A stretch of 64,000 nucleotides of DNA, taken from positions 124,001 through 188,000 of IMG/VR virus record IMGVR_UViG_3300009103_000001; one strand, given 5' to 3'. Below the pieces are notes generated by a model, which was not told where the DNA came from, did not search any database, and saw only the letters and a program-made list of their open reading frames with translations. Positions 10,452-20,117 of this stretch are shown here, piece after piece. Each line of letters begins with the position of its first letter. The stretch's first letter is position 1. The translations under genes and the position numbers were made by a program.

Positions 10452-11771
10452 TTAAAACCCTATTTTTTCGTTTTCCGTAAAGGGGAAATTATTTTTCTTT
10501 AAATAAAAATAAAGAACAGATTTATAATGTGAATTCTTTATATCATTTTTTAACCATAAAAATTCTTGTATAACATCTAAATCTAAAAAAGGGTATCTAG
10601 TTTCTATACCATAAGAACCAGCCACATACTCTTCTTTAGCTAAATAAGACTCCATTGAACTATTGAAGAAACTTGGCCAAGGATAAATTGTTGATAAATC
10701 TTTTGGGAATAACCCACCAAAATTACTATGATTATATTTTTTCACACCACCAAAACCGTAATCAGAAAAAATTTCATCAGCACCTTGTCCTGATAATAAT
10801 ATTTTTTTATCGTCTTTTATCGCATGACTACAAACATGTGATAAATGTTTTGCTCCATTATCATTTATTAATGATAACCAATATTCATTATAATTACTAG
10901 AATTAGAATATGTCACAAATTTAAATGGTTCTGTATTCTTTTGTATATAATTATAAGCGGTAGATACTTCACCTGGGTTTTTTGTTAACGATTGTTGTTC
11001 GTTTCCGTTTAATAAACTAAACCTACTATTTAAAATATTATTATTTTCAGTACCTATAACAGTGTAAGATTTAAATGGTATTTTTTGATTTAATAATTCA
11101 CAACAAATAGCTCCACTATCATAACCCCCACTTAACCCAATAAAAATTTTTTCTCTAATACCTTGTACACGTTTTTTTATAGAATTTTCAAAAGATTTAA
11201 TCCAATCATCACAATTATCTTTGTGTTGGTTATTAATATCAAATTCATGTACTTTATTTTTTTGTATAATTTTTTTTGACACTAAATCTATAATTATACT
11301 GGTATTTGGTTCCATTTTTTTTACATCTGTATGACCTAATTTTATTAATGGGTCACCATAAGAAGCACAACCTAAATTATTATCACCAGTACAATAAAAA
11401 ATTGGTTTTGTTTTAAAGGTATCGGTTGAAAACAATACTTTATTTTTAGATAAATCTACTAATACTATAGCAAACTCACCATCTAATTTTTTAACAAAAT
11501 CAAAACCATGTTTTTTATATAAGGGTATTAAACATTCACCGTCTGATTTATAATCACCATAATTATAAATCTCACCATTATATAAACAAATAATATTATT
11601 TTCTATAAATGGTTGAATTGTAAAGTTACCAGTAATACTTAATAGATTATGTATAAATGTTAACCCACTTATATTTACCATATTTGTTTTATCTGGTCCT
11701 CTAAATTTAGTATAAAAATTTATCTTATCTAAATCATTAACTTTTTTATTTGTAAAAATAAAACTACACAT
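10452..11771 (-). CDS. Asparagine-synthase-like glutamine amidotransferase
   Basis: N-terminal MCS (Ntn Cys), RGPD, YNGEIYN, LDGEFA, LSGGYDSG, SGQGADEIF, RYPFLD. Confidence 0.85.
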   Translation of the reverse strand: MCSFIFTNKKVNDLDKINFYTKFRGPDKTNMVNISGLTFIHNLLSITGNFTIQPFIENNIICLYNGEIYNYGDYKSDGECLIPLYKKHGFDFVKKLDGEFAIVLVDLSKNKVLFSTDTFKTKPIFYCTGDNNLGCASYGDPLIKLGHTDVKKMEPNTSIIIDLVSKKIIQKNKVHEFDINNQHKDNCDDWIKSFENSIKKRVQGIREKIFIGLSGGYDSGAICCELLNQKIPFKSYTVIGTENNNILNSRFSLLNGNEQQSLTKNPGEVSTAYNYIQKNTEPFKFVTYSNSSNYNEYWLSLINDNGAKHLSHVCSHAIKDDKKILLSGQGADEIFSDYGFGGVKKYNHSNFGGLFPKDLSTIYPWPSFFNSSMESYLAKEEYVAGSYGIETRYPFLDLDVIQEFLWLKNDIKNSHYKSVLYFYLKKNNFPFTENEKIGF

Positions 11772-11774
11772 ATA

Positions 11775-12425
11775 TTAAAAATTATAGTTAAATAATTTAA
11801 TATCTTTATTATAGAGTTTTTCTGTTAAATGTTTTGTTACATTAGTGTGTAATTCTCTATAGTTATCACATTTATTTGTAACATTTAATTTTAATAACTT
11901 GGTTATTGGTATATTTAATTTGTGAAACATATTATTAAAGTCTTCCTCTAAATTTTCATATCTAAGTAAATAATCTACAGTTAATTTATCGTTATCATAA
12001 ATATATGGGTGTTGTTCATCATAACCTCTATTCATTTTAGAGTATATATGTGGACTATGAGATAATACTTTAGTCCAATTTTCAAAGTTACCAACACTCT
12101 TAACTAAATCAAATAACTCGTGTTTAGGCCTATCTGGTACGATTTGTCCGTTATTTAATTTAAACGGTGTAATGCTATTATTAACATTATCAAACCAAAA
12201 ATTTTTATCAGATAATATATAATAATAATTAGAAACTAATCTATCCCATGGGTTTCTAATTACAGCGAATTTTGTATAAATGTCCCATTCTTTTGGGTAT
12301 TTTTTCTTTAGTTCTTTACAGGTGTAATGGCCAGAATCTTCCATAGAAAAAGTTTCCTGTATTGAGGTTCCAGCTGTTTTTGGTATATGAATAAAAATTA
12401 ATTTATGTTTATGTGATATTGGCAT
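11775..12425 (-). CDS. Sulfotransferase (family 2-like)
   Basis: 5'-PSB motif FIHIPKTAGTS and 3'-PB motif RNPWDRLVSNY. Confidence 0.85.
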   Translation of the reverse strand: MPISHKHKLIFIHIPKTAGTSIQETFSMEDSGHYTCKELKKKYPKEWDIYTKFAVIRNPWDRLVSNYYYILSDKNFWFDNVNNSITPFKLNNGQIVPDRPKHELFDLVKSVGNFENWTKVLSHSPHIYSKMNRGYDEQHPYIYDNDKLTVDYLLRYENLEEDFNNMFHKLNIPITKLLKLNVTNKCDNYRELHTNVTKHLTEKLYNKDIKLFNYNF

Positions 12426-12436
12426 TTTTTAATTTT

Positions 12437-13108
12437 TTATTGTCCTTTATATCTTACCTGTGGCATTATAGGGTTAGCGTTTAACCCACCATTAGCATAA
12501 CCAGGTAATAATTTTGGTGTTATGTTTGTTTTCCATAGAACAAATGGCATACTTATTTGGTCTCTGGATGAGAATCTACAAATTTGTTCCCACCACCTTA
12601 AATTTAAAACTTTTATATTATCAGTGTTTTTTCTAATACTTACAGGTAATTCATATAAATTATTGTTTTCAGGATAACCAATAGATTTATAATATTGTAT
12701 TTGATTATCCACAAGTTCTTTATGGTCATAATTTAATTGATTTATAATATTAGCCTCTTTATATGCACAATTTCTATCAGTATGTTTCCATAGACCAATT
12801 TCAGAATCACCTAAATATTTTTCTATAATCTCTTTAGGGTGCATAATAACTTCATGTGTTGAGTCAACCCAAAACCAATAATCATATTCTGGTAAAAACA
12901 TTTGAGGTAAAACTTTATAAATTTTAGCATTTCTTCTACCATTAAACCTATTATCTAGTGTAAAATTTAAAGCATCCCTTTGTTCCCAAACACTACAATC
13001 ATGTTTTTTGTCAACAAACGCGATATAATCCACATCATCAAAGTTTACCGATGGGTCTTTAAGTTTAGTATTAAGACCAAATAATGAAGTTAATATAACT
13101 ATTTTCAT
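12437..13108 (-). CDS. DUF616 (TOD1/MUCI70-like) glycosyltransferase-like protein
   Basis: KIYKVLPQMFLPEYDYWFWVDS, HTDRNCAYKEA, RDQISMPFVLWK. Confidence 0.7.
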   Translation of the reverse strand: MKIVILTSLFGLNTKLKDPSVNFDDVDYIAFVDKKHDCSVWEQRDALNFTLDNRFNGRRNAKIYKVLPQMFLPEYDYWFWVDSTHEVIMHPKEIIEKYLGDSEIGLWKHTDRNCAYKEANIINQLNYDHKELVDNQIQYYKSIGYPENNNLYELPVSIRKNTDNIKVLNLRWWEQICRFSSRDQISMPFVLWKTNITPKLLPGYANGGLNANPIMPQVRYKGQ

Positions 13109-13470
13109 TTATTTTCTAATTTTTTTAATTTTTCCTTTAAATCTTTTAATTGCTTTTTAAAACCATTCATGGTCCAACCGTCTAAATGATTTTTATTTTT
13201 ACCCTTACCCTCTAATATCTCACGTTCTAAAGTTTTTATTCTATTTTTAATTTTAGATATTTCACCATTATTTTTAATACTAATAAATTCATTAAATAAC
13301 ATTTCATTACCAAAACTATCAACAACTTCTATAAGATTAACCATATTTGGGTATTCGGATAAATATTGTTTTATAAATTTTAAACCCATACCTTCTTTAA
13401 AGGTATTCTCTTTTTGTTCGCCTAAATAATAAAAATTATTTTTTTTAGTTTGTTTTATATAATATTTCAT
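13105..13470 (-). CDS. Hypothetical protein
   Basis: Likely start MKYYIKQ at 13470 (the ORF track starts at 13512); C-terminal coiled coil. Confidence 0.5.
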   Translation of the reverse strand: MKYYIKQTKKNNFYYLGEQKENTFKEGMGLKFIKQYLSEYPNMVNLIEVVDSFGNEMLFNEFISIKNNGEISKIKNRIKTLEREILEGKGKNKNHLDGWTMNGFKKQLKDLKEKLKKLENK

Positions 13471-14374
13471 TTTCAATCCCTTTCTTATATTTTTTAACCC
13501 AATCAATAACATTACCTTTAGGGCTCCATTTTAGTTTATTTTTAATTTTACTATTATCGGCTAATGTTTTAAATGGTTCCACTCTTTTTTCACCATAAAT
13601 TTTTTCACATTCAAATAAATTAGCTATTTCATTAACACTATAGTTATCACCATTACCAACGTTTAAAATATCACCACTAAAATTCATTGGATGTATAGCG
13701 GATAAGTAATTAGCCTCAACTATGTCACCAACATAAGTGAAATCTCTTCTTTGTTCACCATCATTAGTGATAGTTAAAGGTTTATTTTCCCTATATTGTT
13801 TACCGAATATGCCAATAACAGTACAATAAGCACCCTCATCTAACATTCTTTCACCGTATACATTAAAATATCTTAATGATACCGTATCTAACCCATATAG
13901 TTGACTAAATAGTGTACAATATTGTTCACCTATTAATTTTTGTAATCCATAAGGGCTCATCGGGTTTGTTGGGTGTGTTTCTGGTGTTGGAAATATTTCG
14001 GTGTCACCATAAGCTGATGATGATGCACTATATATAAAACGTTTTACTTTAGCATCTTTAGCCGCAACTAACACATTTAATGTACCATTAACATTATTGG
14101 TATTAAAACTTATTGGGTCTTCTATTGATGGTTGTACTCTAGCAGATGCCGCTAAATGAAAAACATAGTCACAACCCAACATAATATCATATATTTTCTT
14201 CTTATTTAATTCATCACTTATATCTAAATTATATAATTTAGCTTTAGGATTATTATTTTCAATTTTACCTGTAGATAAATTATCTATAATTCTTACTCCC
14301 CAACCTAAATCTATTAATTTATCTACTAAGTTACTGCCGATAAATCCGGCTCCACCTATTACAATTGCTTTCAT
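13445..14374 (-). CDS. NAD-dependent sugar-nucleotide epimerase/dehydratase (UDP-Glc/GlcNAc 4-epimerase-like)
   Basis: GGAGFIGS, FHLAA, SASSSAYG, YGLQK (YxxxK), LRYFNVYG, RDFTYVGD. Confidence 0.85.
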   Translation of the reverse strand: MKAIVIGGAGFIGSNLVDKLIDLGWGVRIIDNLSTGKIENNNPKAKLYNLDISDELNKKKIYDIMLGCDYVFHLAASARVQPSIEDPISFNTNNVNGTLNVLVAAKDAKVKRFIYSASSSAYGDTEIFPTPETHPTNPMSPYGLQKLIGEQYCTLFSQLYGLDTVSLRYFNVYGERMLDEGAYCTVIGIFGKQYRENKPLTITNDGEQRRDFTYVGDIVEANYLSAIHPMNFSGDILNVGNGDNYSVNEIANLFECEKIYGEKRVEPFKTLADNSKIKNKLKWSPKGNVIDWVKKYKKGIENEILYKTN

Positions 14375-15123
14375 AATTTATATCTTTTTAAGTATTTTTC
14401 ATATATTAATGGGTCTTGTTTTTCAACATACTCATCTATTTCTTTTTCTGTTTTATTATTTAACCAAGTCTCCTTTTGTATTTTTAACTTTTTTGGGTCA
14501 CCATCAGTAGCAGTAGTACCATGTAATCTTTTATACATATTCATGGATATTTTTTTATGTTCAACAATATTATCAATAAAATTATTTAACAAATTTTCAT
14601 CATCATTACCACCAAATTGTATTAACCATAAAAATAATTTATTTAATTCTTTTTGTGTGTTTAAAATTAAATCGTCATAATCAATTAAGATTTTTGGTCC
14701 ATCATATTTATCATATAATTGTAACATAGCTAAATAATCTGGTGAATTATTTTGGTTTTTAAGACCATTTAAAGCTATTTTAATATCTGTAATGGGGTGT
14801 ATTTGTGGGTATTTTGGTTTATTTGGGGCGTCCCTTAATATACTTTCTTTATAGTTACGAATATTAAGTAACAAACCTTCTTTGTTTGTATTATTTGTAA
14901 ATAAATCACACACTAATTTACCACCGTGTGTTTTATGTATTACAGCTCTTGGGTCTGATTCTAACCTACGTTCAACACCAACATCACCAATATGTCCATC
15001 AGAACCAATTACATTAAAACAACTTATTTTTTCAATACAATAAGATAACCAATTACTACCAGAACGTGGGTATGAAAAAAGTGTTACTTTTCTTTTATTA
15101 GATGTTCTTTCATATAATCCCAT
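14371..15123 (-). CDS. Sulfotransferase-domain protein
   Basis: SYPRSGSNW P-loop-like 5'-PSB motif, KTH and IRNYKE motifs. Confidence 0.7.
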   Translation of the reverse strand: MGLYERTSNKRKVTLFSYPRSGSNWLSYCIEKISCFNVIGSDGHIGDVGVERRLESDPRAVIHKTHGGKLVCDLFTNNTNKEGLLLNIRNYKESILRDAPNKPKYPQIHPITDIKIALNGLKNQNNSPDYLAMLQLYDKYDGPKILIDYDDLILNTQKELNKLFLWLIQFGGNDDENLLNNFIDNIVEHKKISMNMYKRLHGTTATDGDPKKLKIQKETWLNNKTEKEIDEYVEKQDPLIYEKYLKRYKL

Positions 15124-15124
15124 T

Positions 15125-15904
15125 TTATTTATTTTTAATTAAATTATTTATTTCAGTTTCAACTCTTTTATGAAAGTCGTAATATTGTTTAGACTTTTCA
15201 TAATTTTCTTCTAAAATATCATAAACACTATCATAAAAATCTGGTGTTAAATTATTTAATATTTTATCTAATTCATCGATATTATTAAACTGTATAATAC
15301 CTTTATCGTTAAAAAATTCTCCTATATTAGGACATCCCCAATAAATAGGTATTGTTTTTGTGGCAAAACAATCTATTACTTTTTCAGTCACCCAATTTTG
15401 TTTAGATGTATTTTCAACCACTATATGATATTTTGCGTTTTCAAATAAAGTATTTTTAGATTCTATTCTTGGTGGTGTTTTAAACCTTTTAAAATTAAAA
15501 CCATTTATGTTATCTAAACCACCATATATATCCCATATGGCGTGCCTTAATTTATGTCCAGGTGCTTGATTTTTATTACTCATAATAAAAGATATCTCAT
15601 TAGTTTTGTTTAATTTTAAATTATCAAAATCAACCCAACAAGTACCAAAAATAAATTTTTTAGAATTTTCACATTCATTTAATATTCTATCATCCCAAGC
15701 CAAAATTAAATCAAAATTATTTTTATTATTAATAATGTGTGGTGATATATTAATAATTTCAGGCGGTTCTATTTGTACGGCAACCTTTATTTCTGAATTT
15801 TTATTATGTTGTATAGTATCTATAGATAAACTAACATCTTTACTATATAAAGTTTCTGGTCTTAAGTGACCAAAAGATTTAACTTGTATTAAATTCTCAC
15901 CCAT
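15125..15904 (-). CDS. GT10-like (alpha-1,3/4-fucosyltransferase-type) glycosyltransferase
   Basis: YHIVVEN...WVTEKVIDCF...TIPIYWG matches the alpha-3 motif. Confidence 0.75.
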   Translation of the reverse strand: MGENLIQVKSFGHLRPETLYSKDVSLSIDTIQHNKNSEIKVAVQIEPPEIINISPHIINNKNNFDLILAWDDRILNECENSKKFIFGTCWVDFDNLKLNKTNEISFIMSNKNQAPGHKLRHAIWDIYGGLDNINGFNFKRFKTPPRIESKNTLFENAKYHIVVENTSKQNWVTEKVIDCFATKTIPIYWGCPNIGEFFNDKGIIQFNNIDELDKILNNLTPDFYDSVYDILEENYEKSKQYYDFHKRVETEINNLIKNK

Positions 15905-16659
15905 TTTTCTGGTATTAAATCATTTGTGTTATGTGATATCGCTTGGCCGAACCATTTTTTTGGTGCGATTACTTTTTTATTATTATTTTTATTTAACCAT
16001 GCTCCCCACCAACTAAAAGAAGAATTAGCTATTATATTATTTTTACATAATGACATTAACCATAGTTCAACGTAATCATCATTATCATCGATAAAAATAA
16101 AATTATCCCCATCAAAAACATCCTTACACCAATCAATATCATCCGAAAAAACCAAGTATTTAGTATCCTTTTCAAATAAACCTATGGCTCTATTATAGTA
16201 ACCTAGATTACACGTTGGGTGGTGATTAGTTAGACCTAAATAATCACCTCTTCTAACATGTATTGAACATGTTTCTTCACCTAATATATTATTATATTTT
16301 TTTTCTATTTTATCTAAAGAATTTTTATCAATACTATATAAGTCTAAAATTTTTTCACGGTTATTTAAAAAATATTTTTCACTTTGGTAATATCCGTGTA
16401 GTTTTATATTGGTTTTATATGGTATTTTTTGATAATGGAAGAATGGTTCAGAATACGTATTTTTAATAGGTAAAGGTGTCTCAACAAATTTTATATTACG
16501 TAATATGTTATTTTTATAACTTGATATTGGTTCGTGTACTCTTAAACAATCATTTATATTAAAAATTAATTCATCATCATTATCTAAAGCTAAAGAATAG
16601 GCAGAAGTTATTTGAAACATATAATTACCTAACCCACCTAATAAATTTGATGTTACCAT
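15889..16659 (-). CDS. GT11 alpha-1,2-fucosyl/colitosyltransferase
   Basis: GGLGNYMFQ, GYYQSEKYF, SIHVRRGDY, IANSSFSWWGAWL. Confidence 0.9.
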   Translation of the reverse strand: MVTSNLLGGLGNYMFQITSAYSLALDNDDELIFNINDCLRVHEPISSYKNNILRNIKFVETPLPIKNTYSEPFFHYQKIPYKTNIKLHGYYQSEKYFLNNREKILDLYSIDKNSLDKIEKKYNNILGEETCSIHVRRGDYLGLTNHHPTCNLGYYNRAIGLFEKDTKYLVFSDDIDWCKDVFDGDNFIFIDDNDDYVELWLMSLCKNNIIANSSFSWWGAWLNKNNNKKVIAPKKWFGQAISHNTNDLIPEKWVRI

Positions 16660-17354
16660 ACCTCATGTTTAATTTTAACGTGATTTATTTCTTGTTGTAA
16701 ACTTCTTGTATACATAGAACTAACTTGGTATTGATGCATTCTATTACTTATTAATACATCTTTAACTATAAAAGGTAAACCATATTTCTTATATAATTGA
16801 TAATAATACTCACAATCCATTAACATAACTAAATCTTCATCAAATAATGGTATATCATTATTTTTAAAAGAAAGTACTGATGGTGAACTTATAGTATTAA
16901 CACCTTCTAAAATTTTATCATTCCAACTAGGTACCATTTCTCTATTAAAGGTTTTGCCATCATTAGTGTGGTTACACCCACTAACTAACCAATTACAATC
17001 ATTATTTTTAAATGTATCATTTATTATTTGTAATGACTCATCATTAACAAATAAATCATCTTGAAACATAACTTTAATTATATCACCAGTGGCGTTCTTA
17101 ATACTAACATTTGTATTAGCAGGCCCATTACCTCTTTTATCTATATTTTTAATATAGATAATATCAAAAAAATTACGATATTCATCAATTAAATTAAGTA
17201 TATCATTACCAACACTATGGTCTGATATAACTACATTAAAATTTTTATATGTTTGTCTTTTTATCGTGTCAAACATTTCATTTAAAAAAGTAACACCATA
17301 TCCGTGTTGTTCCCATGTTGGTATACATATTGATATTTTTAAATCCAATTCCAT
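16653..17354 (-). CDS. Glycosyltransferase family 2
   Basis: ISICIPTW, VISDHS, MFQDD, MDCEYY. Confidence 0.8.
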   Translation of the reverse strand: MELDLKISICIPTWEQHGYGVTFLNEMFDTIKRQTYKNFNVVISDHSVGNDILNLIDEYRNFFDIIYIKNIDKRGNGPANTNVSIKNATGDIIKVMFQDDLFVNDESLQIINDTFKNNDCNWLVSGCNHTNDGKTFNREMVPSWNDKILEGVNTISSPSVLSFKNNDIPLFDEDLVMLMDCEYYYQLYKKYGLPFIVKDVLISNRMHQYQVSSMYTRSLQQEINHVKIKHEVW

Positions 17355-18097
17355 GTTTTTATGTGTTTCTCTAGTTGTTCTTTATTCATATTATTTATTT
17401 TATGAAATTCTTGGCCATTAAACTGATAAAATGGGTTTTGGTCTGAACTGTTTGGTGTTCTGTGATGTGTTAAATGATATAAATCACCATTAGTTCTACA
17501 CATTTCATGGCCCATTTTTTGTACTCTAACAATTCTTTCCCAATCCTCATGACCCCAAGAAATAAAGTTTTCATTCTCCCAACCAATACTACCATATCTG
17601 TTTTTATCAAAAAAGAAAGCACCACCAACCGAATTTGGGTTGAATAATGTACATTCATTTAATGGTATTTCGTCCAGTTTATTTGATTCTACTTTATCAA
17701 AAAACTTTTTTGGTATATCATAAAATTTACCAGCATAAGGAAAACACATTGTACAACCATTTAATACTTTTTCTTTACAATCGATATAGTCTTGTACTTT
17801 AAAAATAACATCAACATCATAATTAACTATTATATCTGTTTTAGCCATTTTAGTCATATTATTTAATAATCTTGTTCTATGAAATAGTTTTTCATCATTT
17901 TTTTCAAAAACATATACTATTTTTTTTGATACTGAATTTACAAAATCTTCATTAGATTCTTTATCACTATCTAAAACAATAATATTTGTGTCAAAATTTT
18001 TTAATAAATAATTCATAGATAGTTTAAAATTTATTCTCCTATCATCTGAATCAAATCTTACTGGTACTATAAATGTAACGTCTTTAAAGTTTATCAT
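17339..18097 (-). CDS. GT-A glycosyltransferase (GT2/GT7-like)
   Basis: TFIVPVR, NYDVD, WENENFISWGHEDWE, LYHLTH. Confidence 0.75.
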   Translation of the reverse strand: MINFKDVTFIVPVRFDSDDRRINFKLSMNYLLKNFDTNIIVLDSDKESNEDFVNSVSKKIVYVFEKNDEKLFHRTRLLNNMTKMAKTDIIVNYDVDVIFKVQDYIDCKEKVLNGCTMCFPYAGKFYDIPKKFFDKVESNKLDEIPLNECTLFNPNSVGGAFFFDKNRYGSIGWENENFISWGHEDWERIVRVQKMGHEMCRTNGDLYHLTHHRTPNSSDQNPFYQFNGQEFHKINNMNKEQLEKHIKTWNWI

Positions 18098-19623
18098 TAT
18101 CCTCTATTTTGAAATATTGCTTGTAATTGTTGTTGTACTTGTTCTGGTTTCGCTAATGGTGTTTCTGTTGGTATGTGTCCATGCTTTTTCTTATACCATA
18201 ATGTACCTTTTCTAAAATTTTCATTCCATGTATTTGTATGTGCTATAGTACTTTCCTCTATTGAATTTGGTATATCTGTAAGGTATTTCCAACTCTCATC
18301 TATATCAGCAAAATACCAAAAAGCTGGATGATACATTTTTTTAATAGCTTGGTATGTATGTTCAACATGTTCCCAAGCGTTTTTAAATACTGGGTCAAAC
18401 CCGCCTAAATCTTCTAATACTGGTCTATAATAATATGAAAAAGCACCCACACAATTAGGGTATAAAGCTATTTTAATTTCATCACCATAAGGTACAATCA
18501 TTCTAGGGTTAGGTTTACCTTCAACATCCTTTCTTTCACTTAAATCATTAAACCCTTTACTACCAACTTTATTTGCCGGACCATGTAAAGCAAAATTAAG
18601 GTGTTTTATACCAGAAATTAAAGAATGTCTAATATATTCTTTAAAAACATTTTCATCTTTAATAAGAATATCATCTTCCATTATGAATATATGTTCACAA
18701 TCAGTATTTTTCATTAAATAATTAATAGCTGTTGTTTTAGCGGCACCAACAGATTTATTTGTTTCATGTTGAATTATGTGTGCATTCTCTGGATAAGCGT
18801 CTTTAGAATATGGAGTACCATCATTAACTATAACAAAATTTTTAACCCATTTAGGGACTGTAAAGGCACTTTGTTTAATTCTATGTTCAGCATTATAAGT
18901 GACCATACCAAAACCAATGGAGTTTTGGTCGAAAATTAATTTTTCTTCCCAAGTTTTATTTTTTGTTAATCTTACTGGTAATTTATCTTTATATTTTTCT
19001 TCAAACCTAACTTTATGTCCTTCCCATTGTTCATTAGTTCTACCTATAGATAAGTGTGTAATTCTTATAAATGTTGTTAAACCAATTTTTACACCATCTA
19101 AGTAATTTGGGAAACAAAAGGATAGGTCATAAAAATGAAACCCATGAAAATCTTCATCAAATTTATGTTTAATTTTTGTTTTATTAATAGCGAAAAATAA
19201 ACCATCTAAAACAACCATATCTGTTATTTTTCTACCTTGGTCTTTTGAATAATAATTTGTCCATCGCCTACCTTCGTGTTGGTGTGATACGATTCCATTC
19301 ATAGACTCTTTTATTGTCCACCACCTACCATCCACTAAATCGGTTGTTCCAGCAATACCAATAATACCATATTCTGGGTTTTTATCAAATATTGATTTTA
19401 ATTTTCTACTCCAATTTTTAGTATTAAAAATAATATCATCATGACAAAATACTACAATATCATTTTCAGCTTTTTCTAAACCTTTATTATAGGCTTGTGT
19501 TAATGACATTTCACCGTCATTAATTATTTGTATAATATCAATATTTTTTACACCACAAGTTGATTTTATTTGTTTAATAAAATCTGGTTTATCTTTTTTG
19601 GTTGAATATACAATACTAATCAT
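18097..19623 (-). CDS. Two-domain GT-A glycosyltransferase
   Basis: Domain 1 has FCHDDI...LDGLFFA...FHFYD; domain 2 has GMVTYN...VNDGT...IMEDD...WEHVEH. Confidence 0.75.
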   Translation of the reverse strand: MISIVYSTKKDKPDFIKQIKSTCGVKNIDIIQIINDGEMSLTQAYNKGLEKAENDIVVFCHDDIIFNTKNWSRKLKSIFDKNPEYGIIGIAGTTDLVDGRWWTIKESMNGIVSHQHEGRRWTNYYSKDQGRKITDMVVLDGLFFAINKTKIKHKFDEDFHGFHFYDLSFCFPNYLDGVKIGLTTFIRITHLSIGRTNEQWEGHKVRFEEKYKDKLPVRLTKNKTWEEKLIFDQNSIGFGMVTYNAEHRIKQSAFTVPKWVKNFVIVNDGTPYSKDAYPENAHIIQHETNKSVGAAKTTAINYLMKNTDCEHIFIMEDDILIKDENVFKEYIRHSLISGIKHLNFALHGPANKVGSKGFNDLSERKDVEGKPNPRMIVPYGDEIKIALYPNCVGAFSYYYRPVLEDLGGFDPVFKNAWEHVEHTYQAIKKMYHPAFWYFADIDESWKYLTDIPNSIEESTIAHTNTWNENFRKGTLWYKKKHGHIPTETPLAKPEQVQQQLQAIFQNRG

Positions 19624-20111
19624 TTTTCTATTTCAATAATATTAATTGGTTCTTCGCAAAACACTGATAAATGACATGATGCTTTTATCGATTCTTTAAC
19701 AGAACTACCTAAATATAAGGCTGATAACGCAAAGTCCATACCAGCACCAATTGCGGTATAATCTGTTATTTCTTTAATAAAAAACCCTTCCATCATAAAG
19801 GCCTTACCTTCTAAAACTATTACATATTGGTTATTTAGTTTTGTTTCAGTTGTTTTACTTGTCATCCATGTTTGAAATTCTGACATAAATTCCATTAAAG
19901 CATCCACAGACGCATTTTTAGGTTTACGTGTTTTACAATACAATAAAAACAATCCACCTTCTTGCGCGTCTCCAACATCACCAATAACCATATCGTTAAC
20001 TTTATTTAATTTAGCTAACTTATCTTTTTCTTGCGTCCAACCAGAAACTAATATACTATCAGCTCCTACAACTATTTTTTTATTTGTCACTTTTACCGCT
20101 ACTACACTCAT
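19620..20111 (-). CDS. HslV/proteasome-beta-like Ntn hydrolase
   Basis: N-terminal (M)SVVAV...VGADS and AIGAGMDFALSAL, typical of proteasome-like subunits. Confidence 0.6.
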   Translation of the reverse strand: MSVVAVKVTNKKIVVGADSILVSGWTQEKDKLAKLNKVNDMVIGDVGDAQEGGLFLLYCKTRKPKNASVDALMEFMSEFQTWMTSKTTETKLNNQYVIVLEGKAFMMEGFFIKEITDYTAIGAGMDFALSALYLGSSVKESIKASCHLSVFCEEPINIIEIEK

Positions 20112-20117
20112 TTTTTT

